A stretch of DNA of 64,000 bases from an uncultured Anaerolineaceae bacterium. GTDB lineage: Bacteria > Chloroflexota > Anaerolineae > Anaerolineales > UBA4823. The notes under the pieces are model-generated. The model saw only the letters and a list, made by a program, of their open reading frames with translations. It was not told the DNA's origin and searched no databases. The translations under genes were made by a program, and so were the position numbers. The stretch covers positions 80,465 to 144,464 of the forward strand of contig CAZJMV010000212.1 of the NCBI GenBank assembly GCA_964547225.1. Direction: 5' to 3'. Below are positions 1 to 10,592 of the stretch, one piece after another. Every line of letters begins with the position of its first letter. Position 1 is the first letter of the stretch.

Positions 1-1
1 T

Positions 2-3000
2 GATGAAGTGAAAATCGTAATCGAAAACTATCAAGAGGTCGTTTATGAAGACACCATCAGTTTATCTACATATGGTAGCTTTGATGGAAAATATATCTTA
101 GATACAGAAACAACGTTGGGCTATTACACTTTATATGTTTATCCACCAGAATCCGATGAATTAATTGGATCAATCAGTTTTAATGTCGCTGAGTATAGAA
201 AACCTGAATTCCAAGTACATGTGGATGCAAAACCAAACAACTTGCTCAAAGGGGAAGAATTCATAGCCGAAGTGCAAGCTGATTATTATTCTGGAGGTGG
301 TGTTTCAGATGCAACCGTTGAGTGGTCACTGGAATCCAATCCATTTACCTTTACAGCTCCCGACGAGTTCTCTAATTACAATTTCTCGGATTATGAGGCA
401 GACCTTTATCAATACGAAGAGGACAACGAATATAGCAGCAAGATCATCGCAGAGGGTCAAGGAACAACAGATGCCAATGGAAAATTTTTAGAGAATCTAT
501 TGATTGATCTAAGTGAGTATAAATCAAGTCGCCAACTTGTCTTTGAAGCTTCAATTACTGATATTTCAAAAAATACAGTCAGTGGGCGAACAGAAATCAT
601 TGCTCACCAAAGCTCTGTCTACCCTGGCATTCGTCCCCAAAATTATATTGGGGAACAAGACGAGGAACAGACCTTTGAAATCGTTACCTTAGATTGGAAT
701 GGAGAACCAATCAGTAACCAAATAGTTGATGTTGATATCGTCGAGAGACGCTGGTACAGCGTTCAAGAGCAAGATGCTACTGGAAAAGTTACCTGGACTT
801 CCAGTGTAGAGGAAATCCCAGTGATCGAATTCGAGGATCTTCAAACTAACTCGAGAGGAGAAACTGAGGTAAGCTTTACACCTGAACAAGGTGGCATCTA
901 TCGTGCCAGAGTAATCGCGCCAGACGATAAGAATAATCTAGGGAAGGCATCCGCTTTTCTTTGGGTCGCCGGAACCCACTATATTCCCTGGCGACAAACC
1001 AATGATCGCGGTTTCGATTTAGTTACCGATAAAAAGAACTACAAGCCCGGAGAGGTTGCTGAAGTATTAATCGCATCTCCTTTTCAAGGTCAAGCACAAG
1101 CATTGGTTACTGTAGAACGCGGTCGAATTCGGTATCAGGATGTTATTAAAATCACAAGCAATAGCACCATCGTTGAAGTACCGATCAGTGAAGACATGTC
1201 TCCAAACGCTTATATCTCAGTGGTTGTGATCAAAGGAGTCGATGAAACCAATCCACGCCCTAGTTTTAAAATGGGGATGGCAGAAATCGGAGTCGATCGC
1301 TTAGAACGCATCATCAATCTAGAAATTGAAGCAGATCCTCTGGAAGCGAGTCCTGGAGAACAAGTAATATTTACCGTTAAAACGAGCAACTATGAAGGTC
1401 AACCCATTCGTTCGGAGGTATCCATGAGCCTCAGTGACTTGGCAACTCTCTCCCTATTACCCCCAAACTCTCAACCTATTGATGATTTCTTCTTTAATGA
1501 GCGAGATTTAGGGGTAAGGACTTCTGTGCCAATCGCGTTAAGCATCGACGATTACAATGCAGAAATTCAAGAGAGTGAAGTGGATGGAGGCGGAATGGGT
1601 GGTGGCGGCGGCAAGGGTGGTGGTGAACTTGGTGTCATAGAAGTAAGAGAAGACTTTCCAGATACTGCTTTCTGGGATGCCTATATTGAAACTAATCAGG
1701 AAGGCGAAGCCACGGTATCGATTACCTTACCTGACAACCTGACAACCTGGCGAATGGATGCCCGTGCGATCACCAAAGAAACATTAGCCGGACAAACAAC
1801 CTTCGATATTGTTAGCTCAAAACCTTTGCTAATCCGCCCACAAACACCACGTTTCTTTGTGGTGAATGACCATGTGCGAATAGGTGCAGCTGTTCAAAAC
1901 AATACAAAACAAGACTTAGAGACACAGGTGAGTCTAGAATCCTCAGGGATCACTTTACTTGATGATCAAACACAGAATGTTACGGTACCAGCAGGTGGAC
2001 AAAAATATATTTCCTGGAACATCGCCGTTAACATGGATGCAGAACGGGTAGATTTAATCTTCCAGGTTGAAGGTGAAGAATACCAAGATGCTAGCCGCCC
2101 GCCTTTGGGCATATTGTCAGATCATGGCATTCCTGTATATCGTTATGAAGTACATGAAACCGTGGGCACCTCTGGAATGATGACAGAGGAAGGCACAACT
2201 GTTGAATCAATCAGACTCCCCGAAACAATGGAAGTGATAAGTGGCGACTTAACTTTGAGCGTTTCTCCATCGCTAGCTGCTGGAATGACCGACGGATTAG
2301 ATTATCTGGAACACTATCCTTACGAATGTGTAGAACAAACCATTTCAAGATTTCTACCAAACGTTCTGAGCTCAAAGGCGCTCAAATCTGCTGGAATAAG
2401 CAATCCAGATCTAGAAGATGCTTTGGTTGTTCAGGTAGACACAGCCCTCCAAAGAATATACAACTGGCAAAACGCCGATGGAGGCTGGGGATGGTGGAGT
2501 GGACAAGAGAGCAACCCATTCAATACCGCCTATGCCGTATTAGGCTTAGTAGAAGCCCAATTAGCTGATTATCAAGTTAATACAGCAGTCATTGAACGCG
2601 GAATAGCATATTTACAAACCCAAATAAAACCTATTGATGAACTTGCAAACCCGAGCGATTCGAATAGACAAGCTTTCCTCTTATACGTTCTGGCGCGCAG
2701 TAATGAGCCCAATAATAGCGCGACCGTTCAGCTTTATGACCAACGACAACGGATGGCAATTTATGGACGCGCTTTCCTTGCCAATACACTATATTTAATC
2801 GATCCCGAAGACTCACGTATTGATACACTACTTTCAGATTTCACCAATAAAGCAATCATCTCTGCAACTGGTAGTCATTGGGTAGAAGAGAGCCAAGACC
2901 GATGGAATTGGAATACCGATACGCGCACAACAGCAATAGTTTTGAGCGCCTTGAGTATGATCGACGCAGACAACCCACTCAATGCAAATGCTGTACGATG

Positions 3001-3787
3001 GTTGATGAGCAATCGAAGTCAAGGTCATTGGTATGGTACTCAAGAAACAGCATGGTCTTTGATGGCATTGACCAATTGGATGGTCTCTAGCGGAGAACTC
3101 GACGCGGACTATCAATATGCAGTTGCTTTGAATGGAGATCGACTTGGGGGGGGCATTGCAAATTCAGAAACCTTGCGACATTCCCTTGAGCTCAAGATTG
3201 ATATATCTGAATTGCTTCAAGATGAAATTAATCGGCTAGCTTTTGCGAGAGACGGTGGTGAAGGAAACTTATATTATACAGCATTTATGAATCTCGATTT
3301 ACCAGTCGAAGAAGTCCAAGCAATTGACCAAGGGATTGTTGTAGCACGAGATTACTATCTACTTGATGACATCGAAACTCCCGTGCAGAATGTCCAACAA
3401 GGTGAACTCGTACTTGTTCGATTAACCATCGTTGCCCCGAACACGCTTCATTATGTTGTGATCGATGACCCGCTTCCTGCTGGACTAGAAGCTGTCGATC
3501 AAAGTCTTCTCACCAGTCCTCAGAATGTGGAAATCCCACGCAACTACACGATGGAAGATGTCTTCTGGCGTGGTTGGGGGTGGTGGTATTTCACACATAC
3601 ACAAATGTATGACGAACGAGTTGTCCTTTCTAGTAATCGACTACCTGCAGGAACATATGTATACACCTATCTAGCGCGTGCGAGCAGTGTTGGAATCTTC
3701 CGAACAATCCCGACTACAGCACAGGAATTTTATTTCCCAGAAGTATATGGTCGAGTTGAAGGGACTTTATTCACAGTGACACCTTAA
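2..3787 (+). CDS. alpha-2-macroglobulin family protein, thioester-containing (5' end outside window)
   Basis: The frame is open from nt 2 to the window edge, so the GTG at 8 is probably internal. Thioester motif CxEQ is present in 'YPYECVEQTISRF'. Very long beta-rich protein (over 1250 aa visible) with a Gly-rich stretch 'GGGMGGGGGKGGG'. Convergent with a PBP1C-type gene, a known genomic partner. Confidence 0.85.
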   Translation, partial: DEVKIVIENYQEVVYEDTISLSTYGSFDGKYILDTETTLGYYTLYVYPPESDELIGSISFNVAEYRKPEFQVHVDAKPNNLLKGEEFIAEVQADYYSGGGVSDATVEWSLESNPFTFTAPDEFSNYNFSDYEADLYQYEEDNEYSSKIIAEGQGTTDANGKFLENLLIDLSEYKSSRQLVFEASITDISKNTVSGRTEIIAHQSSVYPGIRPQNYIGEQDEEQTFEIVTLDWNGEPISNQIVDVDIVERRWYSVQEQDATGKVTWTSSVEEIPVIEFEDLQTNSRGETEVSFTPEQGGIYRARVIAPDDKNNLGKASAFLWVAGTHYIPWRQTNDRGFDLVTDKKNYKPGEVAEVLIASPFQGQAQALVTVERGRIRYQDVIKITSNSTIVEVPISEDMSPNAYISVVVIKGVDETNPRPSFKMGMAEIGVDRLERIINLEIEADPLEASPGEQVIFTVKTSNYEGQPIRSEVSMSLSDLATLSLLPPNSQPIDDFFFNERDLGVRTSVPIALSIDDYNAEIQESEVDGGGMGGGGGKGGGELGVIEVREDFPDTAFWDAYIETNQEGEATVSITLPDNLTTWRMDARAITKETLAGQTTFDIVSSKPLLIRPQTPRFFVVNDHVRIGAAVQNNTKQDLETQVSLESSGITLLDDQTQNVTVPAGGQKYISWNIAVNMDAERVDLIFQVEGEEYQDASRPPLGILSDHGIPVYRYEVHETVGTSGMMTEEGTTVESIRLPETMEVISGDLTLSVSPSLAAGMTDGLDYLEHYPYECVEQTISRFLPNVLSSKALKSAGISNPDLEDALVVQVDTALQRIYNWQNADGGWGWWSGQESNPFNTAYAVLGLVEAQLADYQVNTAVIERGIAYLQTQIKPIDELANPSDSNRQAFLLYVLARSNEPNNSATVQLYDQRQRMAIYGRAFLANTLYLIDPEDSRIDTLLSDFTNKAIISATGSHWVEESQDRWNWNTDTRTTAIVLSALSMIDADNPLNANAVRWLMSNRSQGHWYGTQETAWSLMALTNWMVSSGELDADYQYAVALNGDRLGGGIANSETLRHSLELKIDISELLQDEINRLAFARDGGEGNLYYTAFMNLDLPVEEVQAIDQGIVVARDYYLLDDIETPVQNVQQGELVLVRLTIVAPNTLHYVVIDDPLPAGLEAVDQSLLTSPQNVEIPRNYTMEDVFWRGWGWWYFTHTQMYDERVVLSSNRLPAGTYVYTYLARASSVGIFRTIPTTAQEFYFPEVYGRVEGTLFTVTP

Positions 3788-3815
3788 ACACAAAATTTCA
3801 TTTCCCACTATTTTG

Positions 3816-3855
3816 AAATCCCTCCAATGATTTTCGAATTGGAGGGATTTATATT
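3816..3855 (+). terminator. rho-independent terminator after the alpha-2-macroglobulin gene
   Basis: Perfect 13-bp stem aaatccctccaat / attggagggattt (3816-3828 and 3838-3850) with a 9-nt loop, followed by a T-rich stretch. Confidence 0.6.
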
Positions 3856-3946
3856 AACCAACAAATTCTTTATAAAAATAGGAAAAATAGTAATATTTGA
3901 GATATAATTATTACTATCATTTATTAATGGTGTCAAGGAGGTTCAA

Positions 3947-4342
3947 ATGCCACAGTGGCTTTGGTTAATCATCGTTTTACTGATCATCTTGATCGTGTGG
4001 TGGGCATTAGCGCGTTCTGCCGAGAAATATGAAGAAGAATTTGTAATTGAACATGATGTTGATTTTGAAAAAGAAGATGATACTGAATTAGAAGATGACG
4101 ACTTTACTAAGATTGAAGGGATCGGGGTTAAGATCAACCAAATCCTTCACGATTCGGGAATAAAAACTTATCAAACACTATCCCAAACCAATGTCGAAGA
4201 CTTATATGAAATCCTCGAGCATAATAAACTTGGATTTCGTAATCCAGACACTTGGAGTAAACAAGCGAAGTTAGCAAATGAAGGGTTATGGGACGAATTA
4301 AGAAACCTCCAAGAAAAATTAAATAGAGGACGTGAAGGTTAG
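3947..4342 (+). CDS. membrane-anchored helix-hairpin-helix domain protein
   Basis: N-terminal TM helix 'WLWLIIVLLIILIVWWAL', an acidic linker, then an HhH-like 'IEGIGVKINQILHDSGIKTYQTL' and 'PDTWSKQAKLANEGLWDEL'. SD aaggagg lies 6 nt before the ATG. Confidence 0.6.
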   Translation: MPQWLWLIIVLLIILIVWWALARSAEKYEEEFVIEHDVDFEKEDDTELEDDDFTKIEGIGVKINQILHDSGIKTYQTLSQTNVEDLYEILEHNKLGFRNPDTWSKQAKLANEGLWDELRNLQEKLNRGREG

Positions 4343-4401
4343 GGCTCTACTATTTCTGAACAAAGAAAAAGTGGAAGTACCAGTATTTCGGTTGGCTTCA
4401 A

Positions 4402-6885
4402 TTAATCACTTGGTTCGTTTGGTTCAACCATAACAGATACAATAGAGCTAGTTAAGCTTTCACCACCCTCAAGTAATGCTTCTACCCAGAAATCATGCTC
4501 TCCTTCTTCTAAGATCCACCATGTTTGAAACGGAGGATTATTTACCTTAGCATAGATTTTTCCATTTACAAAGAATTTAATCGATACAAGATCAAGAGAA
4601 CTAACCGCTTCAACGAGAATCCGCTGACTGTCTTCATTTAACCTGTTTGAGACACGATACACACTGAAAGGAGCTGGGTGGATAATGCTTAATTCTGGTT
4701 TATGGTCCTCTTGTACAATTTCCTGAGTCTCTCCAATAGACAGATCACTGAACAAGATTAATCCTTTTCGATGCGCCCATGCTCGCGCTTGAAGTGGTAA
4801 ATCCAGCATTATTTGTTCTTCTAAATATTCATTGGGTGTATTTTCATCGGCTTGTTTTCCTGTACGAGAATCAATGGAAACTCGCCTATAGAATTTATCA
4901 TACTCCGTTGGCTGAGTTCCTTCAATAAACCATTCCAACCGTCGATAAGGACAATCTTTCGTGGGTAACAAACCACTAAGAGCACAAACTTCAACCTTCA
5001 CAAGACCATATGGTTGGGGAAATTCTATCTTTGGGCTTTCTCCAAGCACTGAACGGATAAACTGATGCCAGATAGGGGCTGCACCGGTCAATCCATCAAC
5101 CTCTCGCATCGGTTCATAATTGGAATTTCCAGCCCATACCCCTACAACTAGATTAGGGGTATAACCAATTGTCCAATTATCATGAAAATTTGATGTTGTT
5201 CCAGTTTTAACCGCTGCTGGACGATTCAACCGTAATACACTATTTTCACCAAATCCCATGATACGAGCTGTATTATCACTGAGAATATCGCTAATCAACC
5301 AAGCAACCCGTTCATCCAAGACTCTCTTTGATTGAACGTTTGCTTGTTCATAAAGAAGATTACCTGCAGAATCTCGCACATCAATGATCATAATGGGCTC
5401 CACAAGATAACCCCCATTCGCGAAAGCGCCATAAGCTGATGTTAATTCCAGCAATAATATCTCACCGCCGCCCAAAGCAAGCGACAAATCATAATCTCGA
5501 GGGTCGCCTAAAGTCGAGATTCCGAGTTTTGAAGCAAGCAGAAACAAGCGATCTAATCCAACATGTTCTAGTGTAATTACTGCTGGAATATTTAATGAAG
5601 AAGCCAGTGCATCACGAAGCAGAACTGGTCCATGTTCTTTTAGATCATAATTCTGTGGACGATATGCTTTTGCATCATTCGTTATGAAAGATGTATCTAC
5701 GTCCAATAGCATTGTGGCTGCAGTCCACCCCCCTCCACTATCTTCAGGATCAAGAGCAATCGAATATACAATCGGTTTAAGAGCAGATCCCGGTTGACGA
5801 GGTGATATCGCCATATTAATTGCCCCACTATGATCAGGGTCAAAATAATCAGGGCTTCCCACTAACGCTAAGATTCCACCACTATTCGGATCAATAGCCA
5901 CCAGAGCAGCATTGTTCAAATTATGTCCTAAGCCATCCGGACTTTTCACCATTTCCTCAATTTGACATTTGACCGCTTCATCAGCTTTTCGTTGCCAATC
6001 CAGATCTAATGTCGTTTTTATTTCTAAGCCACCAGAAGAAATGATTTCTTCGGAACTAAAAAGGTGATCTAACTGCGTTCGAACCATCATGACAAAATGA
6101 GGCGCTTGCATTGGATAAGGCTCCTCAGTGAACATAAGTTTCTCTCGCGCGGCTTGTTCTCGTTGTTCGAAGGATATATAGCCATCATCTTGCATTAACC
6201 CAAGCACAACTTCTTGACGTTGCTTAGATTCATCCGGATTGGTGAAAGGGTTGTATGACGCAGGCGCTTGGGGTAGACCAGCTAATAATGCACATTCTGC
6301 TAAATCCAACTCACTGATTGATTTACCAAAAAAGGTCTGCGAAGCTGCTTCTATCCCATAAGCCAAACCCCCATAATAGGTGTGGTTAAGGTACAGAGCC
6401 AAAATTTCATCTTTTGAGAATTTTCCAGAAAGCTGCCAAGCTAAAATGATTTCCCGAAATTTCCTGCGTAGACTACGTTCAAATCTTTCTTGCTCTGAAA
6501 ATAAGAGTGTACGCGCTACTTGCTGAGTTATCGTGCTGCCACCTGCAAGTGTCTCTCCTCCTTGAAGGTTTATCCATGCTGCACGCATGATACCAAACAA
6601 GTCAATTCCTGGATGGGAGTAAAAATCTTTATCCTCTGTAGCTAAAGTAGCCCAAATCATCGTTTCAGGGATATCTTCGATTGAAAGCACGACATGTCGT
6701 CCACCCTCCATCGGTATAACCTCGTATAATAGCCGACCATAACGATCAACAATCCGAACACTCGGTTGTTGTAACTGATCCGAAATGCTATCTACCGCTG
6801 GCAACCCTGGAATCAGCCAGATATAGAAAGTATAAATTCCTATTAATAGGATAATGATTAAGGCTACAATAAAAAGCTTTTTCAT
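4402..6885 (-). CDS. pbpC: class A penicillin-binding protein, PBP1C-like (glycosyltransferase plus transpeptidase plus C-terminal beta domain)
   Basis: GT51 motifs 'EDKDFYSHPGID' and 'GGSTITQQ'. Transpeptidase motifs SxxK 'SALK', SxN 'SLN' and 'KTGTT'. Extra C-terminal domain of about 100 aa. N-terminal TM anchor. Confidence 0.8.
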   Translation of the reverse strand: MKKLFIVALIIILLIGIYTFYIWLIPGLPAVDSISDQLQQPSVRIVDRYGRLLYEVIPMEGGRHVVLSIEDIPETMIWATLATEDKDFYSHPGIDLFGIMRAAWINLQGGETLAGGSTITQQVARTLLFSEQERFERSLRRKFREIILAWQLSGKFSKDEILALYLNHTYYGGLAYGIEAASQTFFGKSISELDLAECALLAGLPQAPASYNPFTNPDESKQRQEVVLGLMQDDGYISFEQREQAAREKLMFTEEPYPMQAPHFVMMVRTQLDHLFSSEEIISSGGLEIKTTLDLDWQRKADEAVKCQIEEMVKSPDGLGHNLNNAALVAIDPNSGGILALVGSPDYFDPDHSGAINMAISPRQPGSALKPIVYSIALDPEDSGGGWTAATMLLDVDTSFITNDAKAYRPQNYDLKEHGPVLLRDALASSLNIPAVITLEHVGLDRLFLLASKLGISTLGDPRDYDLSLALGGGEILLLELTSAYGAFANGGYLVEPIMIIDVRDSAGNLLYEQANVQSKRVLDERVAWLISDILSDNTARIMGFGENSVLRLNRPAAVKTGTTSNFHDNWTIGYTPNLVVGVWAGNSNYEPMREVDGLTGAAPIWHQFIRSVLGESPKIEFPQPYGLVKVEVCALSGLLPTKDCPYRRLEWFIEGTQPTEYDKFYRRVSIDSRTGKQADENTPNEYLEEQIMLDLPLQARAWAHRKGLILFSDLSIGETQEIVQEDHKPELSIIHPAPFSVYRVSNRLNEDSQRILVEAVSSLDLVSIKFFVNGKIYAKVNNPPFQTWWILEEGEHDFWVEALLEGGESLTSSIVSVMVEPNEPSD

Positions 6886-7088
6886 TTCAATTTGATTTTA
6901 TCAAATTTCACATGAATAAAGATACTTATTGATGATCTAAAAAGTCAAAGCGACTCAACTTATTGATTGTTTGACATAATCAATAGGCTTGGAACTTCTA
7001 TTCACAAAATTCAGATATAATTATAAGAAGAAAATTTACCGGTATGAAATCTAAACTCATTAAGCGAGCGATAAAATGATAGTAATTT

Positions 7089-7943
7089 ATGGATACTATA
7101 ATAATTCGATCACTAACTCATGAAAACTTGCCATTCGCAGCGAGCCAAACTAAACGAGAAGATTGGGACACCTCAACACAACTGGAATTAAAAACCTTAT
7201 TTGAATATGATCCATCCGGTTGTTTTATTTCCGAGCTAAATAAAAAACCCGTCGGAATGTGCTTCGGGACAGCCTATGAAAAATTTGGTTATATAGGAGA
7301 ATTAATAGTCGAGGAAAGTGCACGAGGGAGAGGAATTGGATCAAAGCTAATGCAACGAGCGATTGATAATCTTCGCTCGAGAGGGTTACAGAATATTTAT
7401 TTAGACGCGGTACAAAAAGCTGTTCCACTTTATGAACGATTAGGGTTTCAGAGTGTATGTTTATCGCTTAGGATGAATGCGGAAATCAATGGGAAAAGAC
7501 ATGAAGGTGTTCGCCCGATGAAAAAAATGGATTTGCCAGCAGTGGAATCCTTGGATAATGAAGTCTTTGGTGACGATCGCAGTTACTTTATTAGACATCG
7601 GCTTAAAAAATATCCCCAACTGTGCTACGTCCAATATGAAGGCTCAGAAATTAATGGATTTATTCTCGGCAGGCAAGGCAGAAAGCATATATCAGTCGGA
7701 CCATGGGTAATAGATCAATCAAATCAATTTCCACAATATTTGATTGAACATCTTGCCTTGAAAACATCAAATAAAAAAATTAATATCGGTATCTTAGAGA
7801 ATAATAATGTTGCTTTAGCAGAGTTAGAAAAACTAGGTTTCCACAATTCCCCAGATCATTCAGTAAGAATGGTCTTGGGAAATATACCTTTTCCGGGAAA
7901 AATCAACCAATCCTACGCGATAGGAGCGCCTTCCAAAGGATAA
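7089..7943 (+). CDS. GNAT family N-acetyltransferase (with extra C-terminal domain)
   Basis: Acetyl-CoA binding motif A 'ARGRGIGSKLMQRAIDNLRSRG ... LYERLGF'. Confidence 0.75.
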   Translation: MDTIIIRSLTHENLPFAASQTKREDWDTSTQLELKTLFEYDPSGCFISELNKKPVGMCFGTAYEKFGYIGELIVEESARGRGIGSKLMQRAIDNLRSRGLQNIYLDAVQKAVPLYERLGFQSVCLSLRMNAEINGKRHEGVRPMKKMDLPAVESLDNEVFGDDRSYFIRHRLKKYPQLCYVQYEGSEINGFILGRQGRKHISVGPWVIDQSNQFPQYLIEHLALKTSNKKINIGILENNNVALAELEKLGFHNSPDHSVRMVLGNIPFPGKINQSYAIGAPSKG

Positions 7944-7950
7944 ATTTCCA

Positions 7951-8850
7951 ATGAGTATGCCAAAAACGAAAATAAATCTTTCTGTACCAAAACCATTTTC
8001 TCTCGATCGCATCATCCATTCACACGGATGGATACAGTTAGCTCCCTTTAATTACGAAAAAGGAGCTGATCGTTTCTCCTATACAATCAGATTGACATCC
8101 GGTGAAGTCTCTACCTTCACAATTAACGAATCAATTTCTGGGATTGACATTACTTTAATTGGCGAACTTTCACCCACTTCTAAAAAAGAATTACTCAAAA
8201 AGATTAGTTGGATGTTAGCATTAGACATAGATTTATCTGACTTCTACAAGCTCGCATCCCAAGAACCTAAATTAGCCCATATTCCCAAAAATGCTGCCGG
8301 GAGAATACTTAGGTCAGCGACTCTGTTTGAAGATACAGTCAAGACAATTCTTACCACAAATACCAGTTGGTCAGGAACGATCCGCATGGTTAAAGCTTTG
8401 GTCGATCAATATGGGGAGTCAAATCCTTCAAACCCAGAACTCCGTGCCTTCCCAACATCATCAGCTCTCGCCAGATTGAGCGAACATGATCTACGCTCTA
8501 ATGCGCGGTTGGGGTATCGCGCGCCATATATCTTAGAGCTCGCGCAATCGGTTGAATCCAATCAAATAGATCTAGAGTCTTTTACGTGTCGAGCATTTCA
8601 AGGTGAAGACATCTATAAATATTTGATCGCCATCAAAGGTATCGGAACATATGCTGCTGCGAGCCTCTCGATTCTTTTAGGAGACTATAAACATTTACCA
8701 ATCGATTCCTGGGCATTAAAAATGGTTTCTGAAGAATGGTATGGTGGCAAGCCTATCGAAAAAAAAGAGGTTGAAGATGCGTTTGAGATATGGGGACAAT
8801 GGAAAGGATTGGTTTATTGGTATTGGAATTGGTCAAATCAAGTACAATAA
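7951..8850 (+). CDS. HhH-GPD superfamily DNA glycosylase (AlkA/Ogg-like)
   Basis: Helix-hairpin-helix 'LIAIKGIGTYAAASLSILL' followed by the Asp-containing 'LPIDSWALK'. Size fits the AlkA-like family. Confidence 0.7.
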   Translation: MSMPKTKINLSVPKPFSLDRIIHSHGWIQLAPFNYEKGADRFSYTIRLTSGEVSTFTINESISGIDITLIGELSPTSKKELLKKISWMLALDIDLSDFYKLASQEPKLAHIPKNAAGRILRSATLFEDTVKTILTTNTSWSGTIRMVKALVDQYGESNPSNPELRAFPTSSALARLSEHDLRSNARLGYRAPYILELAQSVESNQIDLESFTCRAFQGEDIYKYLIAIKGIGTYAAASLSILLGDYKHLPIDSWALKMVSEEWYGGKPIEKKEVEDAFEIWGQWKGLVYWYWNWSNQVQ

Positions 8851-8956
8851 AAACCCTCGGTTTAAATCAAGGTTTCAAAGTCTCTTTTTCTCTGATAAAA
8901 TAAGCGCGGAAATGATACCCTTATCCTTGCTTTCGTAATCATTTTCAGGAGTAAAT

Positions 8957-9361
8957 ATGCAAGTATTTCTTTATTTTGGTCTCTTTATATCCATATTAGC
9001 AATATTATTTGCTGTTCAAAACAATGACCCAGTAACGGTATCTTTTATCATTTGGCAATTTTCAGGGTCACTCGCACTGGTCTTATTAATTACAATGGCA
9101 GCAGGAGCACTCATCAGCTCTCTGATTTCAGTTCCAAATAATGTTAAAGCAAGATTGACGTCTCGAAATCTGAGAAAGAAAATCGATCAATTAGAGAATA
9201 CCATCAAAGAATTACATGTAAATATCGAAGAGCAAAAAAGCGAACTTCAAGATAGTTTTGAGACGATAAAACAACTACAGCTTCAACCTATTAAAAAGGA
9301 AGCATCAACTTCATCTGCAGAAATAGAGATAAGTGATGACAGTAATTCAGAACCAAATTAA
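8957..9361 (+). CDS. LapA/DUF1049-like small membrane protein with coiled-coil tail
   Basis: Two TM helices with 'FAVQNNDPVTVSFIIWQFSGSLALVLLI', typical of the LapA domain, then a coiled-coil segment. Confidence 0.6.
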   Translation: MQVFLYFGLFISILAILFAVQNNDPVTVSFIIWQFSGSLALVLLITMAAGALISSLISVPNNVKARLTSRNLRKKIDQLENTIKELHVNIEEQKSELQDSFETIKQLQLQPIKKEASTSSAEIEISDDSNSEPN

Positions 9362-10592
9362 CGACTTTTCTCTAGATACTTTTAGTCTTGGAGTAAATTA
9401 TTGGCCTCGTAAAAAAGCCATGTATTGGTGGTCAAATTTTGACCAGAGTGAGGTTGTTGAGGAATTTGGGATTATCAAAGATATTGGCTTAGATCTTATC
9501 CGGATCTTTTTACTGTGGGACGACTGGCAACCATCAGCCAAAACAATCAGTCAAGATTGTCTAAGAAATTTAGAAAAGGTATGTGATATTGCATCCGATT
9601 ATGAACTATCGTTAGATGTCACCTTCTTCATTGGTCATATGAGTGGACCTTCATGGGTTCCGTCCTGGATGTTGCACAAAGATCAACCAATGCCAGAAGA
9701 TATAAACCAAGTTATTAGTCAGGGGAGAGTTGAGAACTGTGAGTATGCAAATCCTTTTGTAGATTCAAGGGTTATCCAAGCAGAAGAATTATTCATAAGT
9801 GAGGTTGTGACGAACTTCATAGATCATCCTGCCATTAAACTATGGAATTTGGGTAATGAACCTGATCTTTTTGCAAAGCCTTCGAACGCATCAATTGGTA
9901 GTGCCTGGACCAATCATATGGTTGATTACATTAGACAAATTGACAAAAAGCATCCAATTACTTTTGGATTACATGTCCCAAATTTAACTGAGGAGAATGG
10001 ATTTCGGGTAAATGATATTTTCTCCAAGGTTGATATTCCCGCCATTCATGGCTATCCTATGTATGCTGATTGGGCTGATGGTCCACTCGACCCAGATTTT
10101 GTACCCTTTTTATGTGCATTAACTTCCGCTTTGTCAGGGAAAGCAACTCTAATGGAAGAATTTGGCGGTCCAACTCAAGCCCCAGGAATTCCATCCGATA
10201 CTTGGGAATGGAAATCATACGGGAAAATTAAGCAGCAATTTGTTGCTTCCGAAGATGAAATGGCAAATTATGTGGAAGCCGTCTTACCACGTCTGGTTGA
10301 AGTAGGCGCGCTAGGAGCAGTCATTTGGTGCTTTGCGGATTACAGCGCTGACTTATATTACCTTCCTCCCTGCGATGAAGCCATACACGAACGCTCTTTT
10401 GGCTTAATTCGCAGTGATGGCTCTTTGAAACCGCACGGTATTGCTCTAAGAGACTTTGCAAAAAAACGATCTAAGATCAAACCATTCAGACACAATATTT
10501 CAATTAAAGATCATCCAGATTTATATTACAAGAACCCACTACAAAATACAATTGAACTATATCATGATTTTAAACTAAAAATGAGTGAATAA
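9333..10592 (+). CDS. glycoside hydrolase, clan GH-A / GH5-like
   Basis: 'GVNYWP' beta-1 strand, acid/base motif 'WNLGNEPD', and nucleophile-like 'LMEEFGG'. Start is the GTG at 9333 or the ATG at 9336. Confidence 0.6.
   Translation: MMTVIQNQINDFSLDTFSLGVNYWPRKKAMYWWSNFDQSEVVEEFGIIKDIGLDLIRIFLLWDDWQPSAKTISQDCLRNLEKVCDIASDYELSLDVTFFIGHMSGPSWVPSWMLHKDQPMPEDINQVISQGRVENCEYANPFVDSRVIQAEELFISEVVTNFIDHPAIKLWNLGNEPDLFAKPSNASIGSAWTNHMVDYIRQIDKKHPITFGLHVPNLTEENGFRVNDIFSKVDIPAIHGYPMYADWADGPLDPDFVPFLCALTSALSGKATLMEEFGGPTQAPGIPSDTWEWKSYGKIKQQFVASEDEMANYVEAVLPRLVEVGALGAVIWCFADYSADLYYLPPCDEAIHERSFGLIRSDGSLKPHGIALRDFAKKRSKIKPFRHNISIKDHPDLYYKNPLQNTIELYHDFKLKMSE

Noticed and set aside
3136-3143. A G8 homopolymer inside the alpha-2-macroglobulin gene as a phase-variation switch.
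   Set aside because: The tract is in frame (coding LGGG) and lies far from the 5' end. A single tract with no evidence of length variation is not enough, so it is mentioned only as a detail under the macroglobulin finding.
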